Positions 29,244-38,586 of a DNA stretch of 45,322 bases are shown here, piece by piece. The notes below the pieces were generated by a model that saw only the letters and a program-made list of their open reading frames with translations, ran no database searches and had not been told where the DNA came from. Made by a program: the position numbers and the translations under genes. This stretch comes from Fidelibacterota bacterium (lineage in GTDB: Bacteria; Fidelibacterota; Marinisomatia; Marinisomatales; UBA2128). Numbering within the stretch: the stretch's first letter is position 1; each line of letters starts with the position of its first letter. The stretch is from positions 1 to 45,322 of the forward strand of contig JBHHUM010000011.1 of the NCBI GenBank assembly GCA_046861645.1, read 5' to 3'.

Positions 29244-29444
29244 CAAAAGGACCCTGAAGCGTCCTGTTTTGAGAACAACCCTGTTCACGGGGCTTACTTT
29301 CTAATACTAAGCGTGACGCTTTAGCTTTTCGCAAGTTCTCCACCACAACTGGCAAGTTCATTTTTTATCAGTTGTTAATACGTTAGCTGTCAGTCCTACG
29401 GACCAGCGGTGGAGATTATTTGAAAAAGGATGAACATGGGTAAC

Positions 29445-29536
29445 TGTCTGAACCTTGATTTACATGATTAACCTGATTATCTCGATTTTCTTTAATCATG
29501 TTCATCCTCCTAATCCTTAAAATCAAGGTTCAGACA
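29445..29536. repeat. 92-bp palindromic element (REP/MITE-like) with 17-bp perfect terminal inverted repeats
   Basis: TGTCTGAACCTTGATTT...AAATCAAGGTTCAGACA; internal 9-bp-period GATT units on the left mirrored by AATC/CATC units on the right. Confidence 0.85.
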
Positions 29537-29919
29537 ATGAGACATAAATATCTCCGGGTATCGCTCCAATATTGCTAAAGCGGGATAAAGGAGAAAAATA
29601 TCGAATAATTTCATGAACAAATTCAGTTTGGCGTTTATCTCTTAATTCTGTAGCTTTGTTTCTGAAACCAAATAATACACTACATTAACAATATCAATGT
29701 TAATATACATGACAAAAAGTGAATCATTTTTCCCTACATACGCTGACACATTCAGACAGAGTGGTAAGGGTAATATAAGTCATAAGTATTCATATATTGG
29801 GGCCGTTAGGCTCTTACAACTAAAAAATAAGAATTCGTCTCTAACTTTTTTAATAAATATTCTAAAGAAATTTCACAGGACCTTAAATAACAACATTTAA
29901 TTAAATAAAGGTGATGACT

Positions 29920-31200
29920 ATGCGTGTAAAGATGGGGGGTTTTTCTTGTATGTTTTTATTATTAAGCTGCAATAATAATATAGGATCTAATGGAGAGCTT
30001 TATTCTGTTGAAGGTATTATAGAAGGAATTCATGGTCCGATATCAAATGCCAAAGTTACCATTGATAATGATTATAACTGGACGAGAACAACGCTAGAGG
30101 ATGGAAGTTTCATAATCGATAAAGTATCAAAAGGGGAACATGAACTTTACGTTACAAAAGACTATGACTCAAGTTTTGTAGAGAGAAATTATACCATATC
30201 TGTTAATACTGATCTACTTCTTGATCCAATACTTTTACCTTCTCCATTAACTATTTCGAACACTGAGATTAAACAAACACTAACATCCAATATGATCATT
30301 TTAGAGTGGTCAAGCTCCGACGCTGAGGATTTTAGAGAATATAAATTATTTCGACACACTACTTCAGGTCTTGATGAAACAACCGGAGAATTAATACACG
30401 TTTCAACATTAAGAAGTGACACAACTTTTACGGATTCTATCCCACATTTTTCTAAGTACTATTACCGTGTATATCAAATGAATGATTATGGAAGATTAGG
30501 GGGTAGTAATATTGTTGAAGTTCAAACTGAAACATTTCAAAATGAGCCAATATTAGATATAGGTAATTTAAATGTACGTTATCTTAATCAGGGTGAAACT
30601 ATGTGGTTGTATTTTTCTGCCAGTGAAGGTGAAATATATAAAATTATTTGGGATCACATTGATTGGAGTCCAGGCTTCATTGCTGAAGTTTCATGTTATA
30701 GGGAAGATAGTACAACTGTATACTTTGAACGTGAAATTGTAGTACCTCATTTGTCGAGTCCAAAGACAATTGTAGCCGAAGCAAACGAAAAAGTATATAT
30801 AAAAGTTGAAGCACAAACTTCAAATATTGAGGGTATCTTTAGAATTTTGATTTCTCACCTACTCTATGAAGAAGCTCAAGAAATAATGTTCGATAATCCC
30901 GTGAGTATTCCTATAGATATTGGTGAGACAATCTTATACTATTTTAATGCAATAGCTGATACACAATATCAGGTCAATCTGTATTCTGAAATGTATTCGA
31001 GTGCCATTTATGTAAAGGTGTCTGCCTATCGGGAACGAATGAACTTCGCTTATTTCTATGAAGAGTTTACAGGCAGTGATGTAGTACCTAAAAGTCTATT
31101 CATTGAATCAGTACAAACAGAACGGATATACATTATACTCACGGGTGGATATTATTTTTATGCAACGACTATCGACATTCTTGTTAGCCAAACGAATTGA
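29920..31200 (+). CDS. AT-rich putative lipoprotein: carboxypeptidase-regulatory-like domain, FN3-like domain, two tandem beta domains
   Basis: Lipobox LLSC; GPISNAKVTID..T.EDGSF; LEWS..DFREYKLFR..FTD..YYYRVY; internal repeat GETMWLYF / GETILYYF; SD AAGGTG favours ATG 29920. Confidence 0.75.
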   Translation: MRVKMGGFSCMFLLLSCNNNIGSNGELYSVEGIIEGIHGPISNAKVTIDNDYNWTRTTLEDGSFIIDKVSKGEHELYVTKDYDSSFVERNYTISVNTDLLLDPILLPSPLTISNTEIKQTLTSNMIILEWSSSDAEDFREYKLFRHTTSGLDETTGELIHVSTLRSDTTFTDSIPHFSKYYYRVYQMNDYGRLGGSNIVEVQTETFQNEPILDIGNLNVRYLNQGETMWLYFSASEGEIYKIIWDHIDWSPGFIAEVSCYREDSTTVYFEREIVVPHLSSPKTIVAEANEKVYIKVEAQTSNIEGIFRILISHLLYEEAQEIMFDNPVSIPIDIGETILYYFNAIADTQYQVNLYSEMYSSAIYVKVSAYRERMNFAYFYEEFTGSDVVPKSLFIESVQTERIYIILTGGYYFYATTIDILVSQTN

Positions 31201-31309
31201 TTATTAGCCTATAAGGAGCTTTTATAGTTGATCTCGATGGTTTGGACCTAGCATCTTACTCATGTTACTTGTCTAAACGCCAGCTGGGGATACGACAGGT
31301 TAGATACTA

Positions 31310-32164
31310 TCACTCCTCCCCCCACCCCAACTTCGTTCGCAGTGTGTGGAAGTAGTCCCGGTCCTCAAAGGTGACCATCTGTATATCGTAGTCCGTTCGT
31401 CTGACTATTAACACCGTCCCTTTTGACAATTTCGCCTCCGCCTGTCCATCCACAGTGAGGCGGAAATCTGCTTCCGCATGGGGAAAGGTGATGGTCAGCT
31501 CCTGATCTGCCGGCAGCACGATAGGGCGGGACGAAAACGAATGCGGACAGATAGGCGTCACCGTCACCAGTGAGAGCCACGGGGCAACAATGGGTCCTCC
31601 TGCTGACAGGTTGTAAGCCGTGGAGCCAGTCGGTGTCGCCAGGATAAGACCGTCGGCGGAATAGTTGGTGATGAGGTTACCATTCAGGGAGAGGGAACAT
31701 TTCAGCAGGCGGAAGCTCTCACCCCGGTCTACTACCAGATCGTTCAGGGCGTGGTAAGTAATACCGCCGTTAATACTCACTTCCAGCACCATCCGTGGGA
31801 AAATGATATAGTCACCGGACATGATAGACTCTAACCTATGATTGAGGTTTTCCTGCCCTCCCTCCGCCAGGAAACCGAGTCCGCCCAGATGCACACCAAG
31901 AATCGGGGTTCCCCGGTCCTCCACCGCTCGTGCTGCAGAGAGGATTGTACCATCGCCACCCATAGCCAGTAACAGGTCGAGCTCCCGGAACATCTCAGCA
32001 GACTGAATTACGCTGTAGTCGTAGTCCTCTTTTCCTTTCAGCAGGTTGTGGATTCGTGTGGTAAGAAAAACCGATTGCTCCTTCTCCTGCAGCCATGCCA
32101 TTAGATTCGGCAACATGTCCCAGAATGCTTCTTTGGCGGTATTGGCCCAGATGCCGATCTTCAT
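31310..32164 (-). CDS. nadK: NAD kinase
   Basis: GGDGT, GGLGFL, LND, DGLILATPTGSTAYNLSAGGP motifs. Confidence 0.96.
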   Translation of the reverse strand: MKIGIWANTAKEAFWDMLPNLMAWLQEKEQSVFLTTRIHNLLKGKEDYDYSVIQSAEMFRELDLLLAMGGDGTILSAARAVEDRGTPILGVHLGGLGFLAEGGQENLNHRLESIMSGDYIIFPRMVLEVSINGGITYHALNDLVVDRGESFRLLKCSLSLNGNLITNYSADGLILATPTGSTAYNLSAGGPIVAPWLSLVTVTPICPHSFSSRPIVLPADQELTITFPHAEADFRLTVDGQAEAKLSKGTVLIVRRTDYDIQMVTFEDRDYFHTLRTKLGWGEE

Positions 32165-32388
32165 GTCAGATCCTCAATTGCCTCCAACTCGCCTTCAGCA
32201 TTGCGGCTCAGCTTCTTGATGGTCGCCTCGGCTGCGGTGAGCTCTTCCCGGCACAGTTTAGTGAGGTTCATCCCTTCCTCGAACAGCTTCAGGCTCTCTT
32301 CCAGAGAGACCGTTTCAGCCTCTAACTGCTGGACTATCTTTTCCAACCGGGCTACTGCTTCTTCAAATTTTAATTTCTTTTCTCCCAT
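32161..32388 (-). CDS. xseB: Exodeoxyribonuclease VII small subunit
   Basis: FEEAVARLEKIVQQLE..LEESLKLFEEG; ATG 32388 after AGAGGA. Confidence 0.95.
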   Translation of the reverse strand: MGEKKLKFEEAVARLEKIVQQLEAETVSLEESLKLFEEGMNLTKLCREELTAAEATIKKLSRNAEGELEAIEDLT

Positions 32389-32460
32389 TTCCAATCCTCT
32401 CTATGAAAATTTAGGATAGCTTTTCCGAACGGTAGCAACTTTTCTCTTGATACTGTTTTG

Positions 32461-32563
32461 TCATTGGCTAATTGGCTCCTGGCTCCCCGACACGTTGTGT
32501 ACGGGGTCTCCAATTCATTTCGACTTGGTTCTTGGCTCTTGGTCATCACTCACTCATTACCAC
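32461..32563. repeat. Heptamer repeat tracts around a GC hairpin (xseA-xseB spacer)
   Basis: cttggtt/cttggct/cttggtc and attggc/cctggc units; hairpin CCCCGACAC-GTT-GTGTACGGGG at 32485-32506. Confidence 0.55.
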
Positions 32564-33790
32564 TCAAACCTTCTCACGGATCTCCTGTGGAACAGCGGTC
32601 ACTTCTCCATCAGACAGGATCACGCCAAATTCTTCTCCCACATCAAGTTTTTCCACGCTGGACACAATCTGTCGTTCGGGAAGAGTATGTACAATGGAAT
32701 AACCTCGTTTCAGGATGCTCTTCGGACTGGCAGAGAGGAGTCGATCAGTCAATCCCTGATATTTTGATTGTCTCAAGCTCAGGATAAACTCAATCTGCTG
32801 ATTGATCCGCTTCTCAACCTCACCCAGCCGCAATGACTTTTCATCTACAAGATTCTGTGGTTGCTGAAAACCATAACGGTCTGTTAACCCGTCTAGCTTT
32901 TGCCAGGCGGTCTGTAAACGCCAGTTTATGGATTCAATCCAGCGCCGTTCAGTCTCACTTAAATAGGATATTAATTCTTCCCGGGGAGGAGATACGATCT
33001 CCGCTGCCGCCGAAGGAGTTGGAGCCCGGTAATCTGCTACAAAATCTGCGATGGTAAAATCCGTTTCATGTCCCACTGCCGAAATTACGGGAAGAGAGCA
33101 GTCAACCATGGCTCGAGCTACGACTTCTTCGTTAAAACACCACAGGTCCTCCAGGGATCCTCCCCCCCTACCTATAATGAGAACTTCTGCACCTCCCCAT
33201 TCTATAAAATCAGATATAGCTTGCACGATATCAGCTGCTGCCTCCGCTCCCTGTACTAATGTGGATCGTACTACGATATCCACGTGAGGTGCTCGACGGG
33301 TGAGAACATTGCGAATGTCCTGCAGGGCAGCACCTGTACCGGAGGTTATCACACCTACTACCGCAGGATAAGGCGGCAACGGCTGCTTGCGCTCTTCGGC
33401 AAAGAGTCCCTCCTGGGCCAGTTTTTTCTTCAGCGCTTCAAAGGCTAAATATAATGCTCCCAACCCAGCTGTCTCCATCTCCTTAATAATAATCTGGTAA
33501 ACCCCCCGAGCTTCATACACCGTGAGGTTTCCATGTACCAGAACCTTGACGCCATTCTCTGGTAGAAACTTCAGATGGATATTGTCCCCCCGGAACATGA
33601 CTGCCTTCAACTCTGCCCTATCATCCTTTAATGTAAAGTACATATGACCAGAAGAGTGGTGAATGAAATTAGAAATCTCTCCTTCTACCCAGATCGATGG
33701 AAAGGAACTATCAAGTATACTTTTTACTTGAGCGGTAATCTGGGAAACAGTTAAAACTTCAGGTCCTGAACCCGATGACCTAAAACTCAT
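32564..33790 (-). CDS. xseA: Exodeoxyribonuclease VII large subunit
   Basis: WVEGEISN..SGHMYFTLKD, RGGGSLEDL, GHETD, APTPSAAAE; ATG 33790 after GAGG. Confidence 0.97.
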   Translation of the reverse strand: MSFRSSGSGPEVLTVSQITAQVKSILDSSFPSIWVEGEISNFIHHSSGHMYFTLKDDRAELKAVMFRGDNIHLKFLPENGVKVLVHGNLTVYEARGVYQIIIKEMETAGLGALYLAFEALKKKLAQEGLFAEERKQPLPPYPAVVGVITSGTGAALQDIRNVLTRRAPHVDIVVRSTLVQGAEAAADIVQAISDFIEWGGAEVLIIGRGGGSLEDLWCFNEEVVARAMVDCSLPVISAVGHETDFTIADFVADYRAPTPSAAAEIVSPPREELISYLSETERRWIESINWRLQTAWQKLDGLTDRYGFQQPQNLVDEKSLRLGEVEKRINQQIEFILSLRQSKYQGLTDRLLSASPKSILKRGYSIVHTLPERQIVSSVEKLDVGEEFGVILSDGEVTAVPQEIREKV

Positions 33791-33810
33791 AGTTTCCTCA
33801 ACAGCCAAGC

Positions 33811-34707
33811 TTACTGACCTTCAAACTGTAAAGGCAGTGGTGGACTTCCGGCAGCTTGCCAGGCAGTAAGCCAGTAAGACGCTACCCGCAGAGCAGCATC
33901 TTCCATCCTTTGGCGAGCAATACTGCCTGTTTCATTATATAAAATCTCAATGTAAGAAGTACCCTCTAAAGTGGCCTCACGATCATTAATCAGCATTTGC
34001 TGCTTTTCCCCCAAGTCAGCACGAGCCAGGGAGTCGGCCTGCAGCAATTTGAAATGGAGAGGATAGGATTCTATTACTATTGTAAATGCCATCTCTACGG
34101 GATCAGCAATGTAAACAGGATCTCCCTGTGGCTGAACAGTACTCAGGATATAACGTTCTATCATATCCACCTCCCACCGTTTATGCACACCAGTATTACC
34201 GGTAAGTTGTCCATTGTAATTTTCCACTACATGCAAGGGCATGTGGATATCAGCAACATAGTGACCCAACGCCGCTGTAGTAAGAGGTATCTTGTCCCAC
34301 TGACCAGATTTGAATTGATGGGTTAAGAGTTCAACATAGTGCGCAATCCTCCAGGGTGCTGTACCCCATGAGAGGAGCTTTTCTGAGCCATACATGGCTT
34401 CTGCTACTGTCCTATCGCGAGGGATTCCAGTAAAAGGAAAATCATCATACAGATCGGCGTCAATATAATGACCATGCCCCTCCTCAGGATCATCTCCTTC
34501 CTGACGCCAAAGGTCCGGGTCGATAGCGTGTTCAGAAATATAATTGATATGGTGCGAGTAGTACTCCCCCAAGGAGCCGGAAAGCAGCTTCACGGCTTGG
34601 CGGTTGATAAACTGGTGTGCTTTATAACCCCAACCGAGTAATGGAGAATGGGGAACAGTAAGTAGTCCCGCAAGGAGAAAGAGGATGCCACAGCGGGAGG
34701 CTTTCAT
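33811..34707 (-). CDS. Secreted zinc-dependent phospholipase C / S1-P1 nuclease family protein
   Basis: Signal peptide then WGYKAH, PDLW, HYID, HYVADIHMPLH, HKRWE zinc-ligand motifs. Confidence 0.88.
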   Translation of the reverse strand: MKASRCGILFLLAGLLTVPHSPLLGWGYKAHQFINRQAVKLLSGSLGEYYSHHINYISEHAIDPDLWRQEGDDPEEGHGHYIDADLYDDFPFTGIPRDRTVAEAMYGSEKLLSWGTAPWRIAHYVELLTHQFKSGQWDKIPLTTAALGHYVADIHMPLHVVENYNGQLTGNTGVHKRWEVDMIERYILSTVQPQGDPVYIADPVEMAFTIVIESYPLHFKLLQADSLARADLGEKQQMLINDREATLEGTSYIEILYNETGSIARQRMEDAALRVASYWLTAWQAAGSPPLPLQFEGQ

Positions 34708-34727
34708 GCCCTGTAAGTAAAGAGTAC

Positions 34728-34820
34728 CTACTTCTTTTTCTTATGACGGTTGAGACGCAGTTGCTTTTTACGTTTATGAGTCTTGATCTTGCGTCTTTTA
34801 CGTTTTTTTCCGCTGGGCAT
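34728..34820 (-). CDS. Small basic protein, bS22 / AURKAIP1-COX24 (mS38-like) family
   Basis: Manual translation MPSGKKRKRRKIKTHKRKKQLRLNRHKKKK (30 aa); SD AAGGA; below the ORF-track size cutoff. Confidence 0.9.
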   Translation of the reverse strand: MPSGKKRKRRKIKTHKRKKQLRLNRHKKKK

Positions 34821-34828
34821 CTATATCC

Positions 34829-35116
34829 TTACTTCATTAGTGCGTCATTCACAACTTTACGCATGACACTGGACGGTTTAAAAGTAGGTACATACCTTTC
34901 CGGGAGGTAAACAGTTTCTCCGGTACCGGGATTACGGGCTTTTCGGGGGTCACGATGTTTCACACCAAAAGTACCAAACCCTCGCAGTTCCACACGCTCG
35001 TTCCCCTTCAGGGATTCTATGATAGTAGTCATGACTCCATCCAGAACCGCTTCGGTCTCCACCTTAGTCAGTCCAGTAGCTGCTGCCACACGATTAATTA
35101 TGTCTGCTTTTGTCAT
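34829..35116 (-). CDS. HU/IHF family DNA-binding protein
   Basis: MTKADII, VELRGFGTF, ARNPGTGE, PTFKPS motifs. Confidence 0.95.
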   Translation of the reverse strand: MTKADIINRVAAATGLTKVETEAVLDGVMTTIIESLKGNERVELRGFGTFGVKHRDPRKARNPGTGETVYLPERYVPTFKPSSVMRKVVNDALMK

Positions 35117-35150
35117 ATTCTAAATGATCAACCTTTTGAAACAGGTAAAG

Positions 35151-37010
35151 TTACCCCTCCTTGATGTAGATTGCCAGCTTTTGTCCAGGATGGATAAAGT
35201 TGCTCCGGCTGAGATTGTTCCACCGTTCAATTTTGTATATGGGTACCCGATAACGATCAGCTATCTGGCTCAGGGTGTCCCCGCGACGCACCACATATAT
35301 TTCCTTGATATACCCATCTTGATCTAAAGAGGCTACTTCCGAAGACATTTCCACTGGGATGGTTAGTTTCTGGCTGGGATAGATATAAGCCCCATAGCGA
35401 ATCCCATTCCACCGGCGAATCGTACGGGCTGTCGTTCCATATTGCTGAGCGATATGCCCTAGCGTATCACCCTTTTTTACTTTATAGGTCACCGTCTTCT
35501 GTGGCTTTTGTGCCGAAGCTGACGCCACAGGACCGCTGGCAGTAGTAGATGGAACAGGAATTATTAATTTAGTCCCCTCACGAATCCTGTTATAGTTCCT
35601 GATTTTATTAACTGCGGCAATATCGTGCATGGAAACCCGGTATTTAGAGGCTATGGTGGAGAGACTCTCTCCGCGTCGTACCCGGTGCTGTAGATACTGA
35701 GGTGAAAAGCGGCTACTCTCCGGTAAAGCATTAAAGGCCGTGGTGAAAGTCTCCTTCTTTCCCATGGGAAGTTTAAGGGTATAGGATCGATCAGGTGGTG
35801 TAGCAAATTGCCTGAGTTCTGGGTTGATTTTTTTCAGGGTTTCTACGGAAATGTTAGCACATTGTGCCAATACTGACAAATCAGCACTTTTCTCCAGAAC
35901 TACTTCCTCTAAAGAAATGCCTTTCCTGGGCGAGGAACGGAATCCGTACCGCTCCGGATCACTGGTGATAATTGCTGCCGCTAAAAAGGTAGGAACAAAA
36001 TTACGGGTTTCACTGGGGAGAGAATGTAAACGCCAAAACTCTGTAGTTTGGTGGAGCTTAATGGCTCGGTTGACCCGCGCCGAGCCCGCATTATAAGCCG
36101 CCAGCGCGAGATACCAGTTATCAAATTCCAAATACAGGTCTTTTAAATAAGCTGCAGCTGCCTCGGTTGCTTTGACGGGATCCCGACGTTCATCGATCCA
36201 CCAAGTCCTTTCCAGACCGTATAACTTGGCTGTAGAACTGATAAACTGCCACATGCCAGCAGCATGGGCTCGAGAGTATGCTTTGGGATTCATTCCGCTT
36301 TCAATCATCGCCAGGAAAATCAGCTCTTCAGGGAGTTCGTTGGCTCTTAGAATACCTATAATCAAATCACTGTACTCTGGATAGCGTGAGAGCCAAATCC
36401 CAAAATTTCGTCGACCTTTAGTTTGAAAAAATTTAATGGCCTGTTCGACCCTTTTGTTCAATACCAAAGGAATATGACCCTCCCGGTCATCAATCACCTG
36501 AAATTTACTACCGTTTATTTCAAACTCCAGGGGTTCCAGGTATTCAGCCAGCTCTTCCCTCAAACTGGCAATGGCTATGGGCGTTTCCACCTGAGTTATG
36601 GTATGAAAATAGTTTTCATAAGAGTAGAGCAGAGTCGTTTCAAAGCGATCATACTCTTCCTGATCATCGGCAGACATTTCTCCTAATTGTTCGGCCTCAT
36701 TCAATAAGGCTACAATCTTATCGATTAAGAATACAACCTCCAGGGTGTCTTCATGATGATCAGCAATAAGCGCTTCGGCGAACATCTCCTTTGCATCAGT
36801 TAAAATAAAAGCGAACCCTTTGTCTGGTTCAATCTGTGGGAGGGAAGAAAGATCTTCAATGGGAATACCCGTCGAATCGACCATTTCAGTTAAGAGATCG
36901 AAATGAACGCTATCTGTTGTTATAGAATCAGGACTCTCCGGAGCTCCTATCAGCAACCCATATAAGAGTCCCGTAATGATCCCTGTTTGCCTTAAAAGAA
37001 GTTTATTCAT
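35151..37010 (-). CDS. MltD-like lytic transglycosylase with three LysM domains
   Basis: MIESG, GMWQF, AAYNAG, ETRNFV; LysM repeats VRRGESL / VKKGDTL / VRRGDTL; ATG 37010 chosen (alternatives upstream). Confidence 0.92.
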   Translation of the reverse strand: MNKLLLRQTGIITGLLYGLLIGAPESPDSITTDSVHFDLLTEMVDSTGIPIEDLSSLPQIEPDKGFAFILTDAKEMFAEALIADHHEDTLEVVFLIDKIVALLNEAEQLGEMSADDQEEYDRFETTLLYSYENYFHTITQVETPIAIASLREELAEYLEPLEFEINGSKFQVIDDREGHIPLVLNKRVEQAIKFFQTKGRRNFGIWLSRYPEYSDLIIGILRANELPEELIFLAMIESGMNPKAYSRAHAAGMWQFISSTAKLYGLERTWWIDERRDPVKATEAAAAYLKDLYLEFDNWYLALAAYNAGSARVNRAIKLHQTTEFWRLHSLPSETRNFVPTFLAAAIITSDPERYGFRSSPRKGISLEEVVLEKSADLSVLAQCANISVETLKKINPELRQFATPPDRSYTLKLPMGKKETFTTAFNALPESSRFSPQYLQHRVRRGESLSTIASKYRVSMHDIAAVNKIRNYNRIREGTKLIIPVPSTTASGPVASASAQKPQKTVTYKVKKGDTLGHIAQQYGTTARTIRRWNGIRYGAYIYPSQKLTIPVEMSSEVASLDQDGYIKEIYVVRRGDTLSQIADRYRVPIYKIERWNNLSRSNFIHPGQKLAIYIKEG

Positions 37011-37260
37011 AATCAAGAAGAGAGCGAAATTACTTTTAGGTATTTCTTTCATCAAGAAGTTTTCTCTCAAGAGATCACAACCACTTCAACAGGGCTAATA
37101 AATTGCTATAATGGAAATTAATTTCTTGTATCTCCATAATGAAGCATTCTGATAAAGTATCTGAAGTGTAAATAGAATTAATTATTGTCATCCAGGCAGT
37201 ATATTCACAAGGCTCTGGTAAAACCACAATGATAAGGGCAATAAATACAATAGTGCTGTA

Positions 37261-37812
37261 CTATTTCAATCTCTTCCATGAGATTTCGTTACCTATATGC
37301 CAAGATTGACCGGTTTTAATACAGTCATTAAGTGAAATTTTATATTGTTCTTCGTCAAAACTTACATATAAGTAAATATCAGCCTGTTGCATGTTGTACT
37401 TATTAGTATGTCTATAATCTAAATAGTCAATACTATAATTAGACCAATCAATTCCATCACTATCAGAAGATTGTTTAAAATTGCTATAGGTTTCATTTAA
37501 AGACGCAATGCTCTCTGTTATCCAATAGTTAACATTCTTAGAGACAGTCATAATCTTTTTTGATTCTGGTAGAGCGCTTTTCATTATTTCAGCTTTCCAC
37601 TCATCAGCATTAGGTACCAATGTCAATATCTTATCGAGATTATTAGTTTGGATGAACTTAAAAACTTGGGATCCAAGCGCTTCCATGGTTTCGTAAGAGT
37701 CCGTCTGAAGATCATTTACACTTAAATCAGAATAAATTCGATTGGATAAAGTATTTCCATTGCAAAATGCCAATAATATCAAAGTTACAGTGAGCAACAA
37801 TATTCTTTTCAT
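37261..37812 (-). CDS. AT-rich hypothetical exported protein / lipoprotein
   Basis: MKRILLL..LAFC signal; strong SD AAGGAGG; no recognisable domain. Confidence 0.7.
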   Translation of the reverse strand: MKRILLLTVTLILLAFCNGNTLSNRIYSDLSVNDLQTDSYETMEALGSQVFKFIQTNNLDKILTLVPNADEWKAEIMKSALPESKKIMTVSKNVNYWITESIASLNETYSNFKQSSDSDGIDWSNYSIDYLDYRHTNKYNMQQADIYLYVSFDEEQYKISLNDCIKTGQSWHIGNEISWKRLK

Positions 37813-38103
37813 TCTTCCCCTCCTTTTTCAATACTAATATTTTATTGAATATATACTTAGGAGTAAAGGTAATTAATTGGAAATAACCCTATCTATTCTC
37901 AGATGATGGCGCCACTAATGAATATCAAGTTCCAAAATTTAAAGTACAACAGGCAAAATAAAACTACTCATACGCATATGTAAATAAGATTCCTACTCAT
38001 CTTTTCAACCTTATTTATCCGAATTATCCCTGAGGATTAATCAGGTTAGCTTCTCCAAAAGTCATACTTTATCAGTGCACTCCATACACATGTCTGTACC
38101 CAA

Positions 38104-38586
38104 TCATTTCTTCACCTGACCCAAGGCCGCCGCCCGACGGATGATGTCCCTTGTTGCTTCCCCTTTTACCAGAGGAATACGTACCACTTTGCCTCCCCAA
38201 GAATGTACTTCCTCACTCCCCACGATATCCTCTTGATCGTAGTCGGCCCCTTTCACCAGGGTATCCGGTTTCAGGGCCATGATCAAATCCAGGGGAGTTT
38301 CTTCATCAAAAATCGTTACATAATCTACAGCTGTCAAAGCATCAAGAATCAAGGCCCTGTTTTCCGCAGACTGTAAAGGGCGACCAACCCCTTTCAGTCT
38401 CTCTACAGAATGATCGGAATTCAAACCCACCACCAGACAATCACCCAATTTTCGAGCTTGCTGGAAAAGTTCTACATGACCACGATGTAATAAATCAAAA
38501 CAACCGTTGGTAAAAACCACGGACTTGTTTTCCCCCCTTAGGGACTGACAAATTTCCTGCATTTTATCTCGTGATAAGAGGGCCAT
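38104..38586 (-). CDS. rfaE2: D-glycero-beta-D-manno-heptose 1-phosphate adenylyltransferase
   Basis: FTNGCFDLLHRGH, GLNSD, FDEETP, LVKGADY motifs; ATG overlaps the upstream stop (TAATG). Confidence 0.92.
   Translation of the reverse strand: MALLSRDKMQEICQSLRGENKSVVFTNGCFDLLHRGHVELFQQARKLGDCLVVGLNSDHSVERLKGVGRPLQSAENRALILDALTAVDYVTIFDEETPLDLIMALKPDTLVKGADYDQEDIVGSEEVHSWGGKVVRIPLVKGEATRDIIRRAAALGQVKK

Noticed and set aside
29227..29304. Short ORF MTTLNDKRTLKRPVLRTTLFTGLTF with GAGG upstream
   Set aside because: Could be a truncated gene start at the island border, but 25 aa with no recognisable homology is not enough to call.
29445..29536. CRISPR array
   Set aside because: The repeats are inverted and of 9-bp period with no spacers, and no cas genes are present.
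29697..29900. 67-aa plus-strand ORF
   Set aside because: AT-rich intergenic sequence with no SD or motif; likely spurious.
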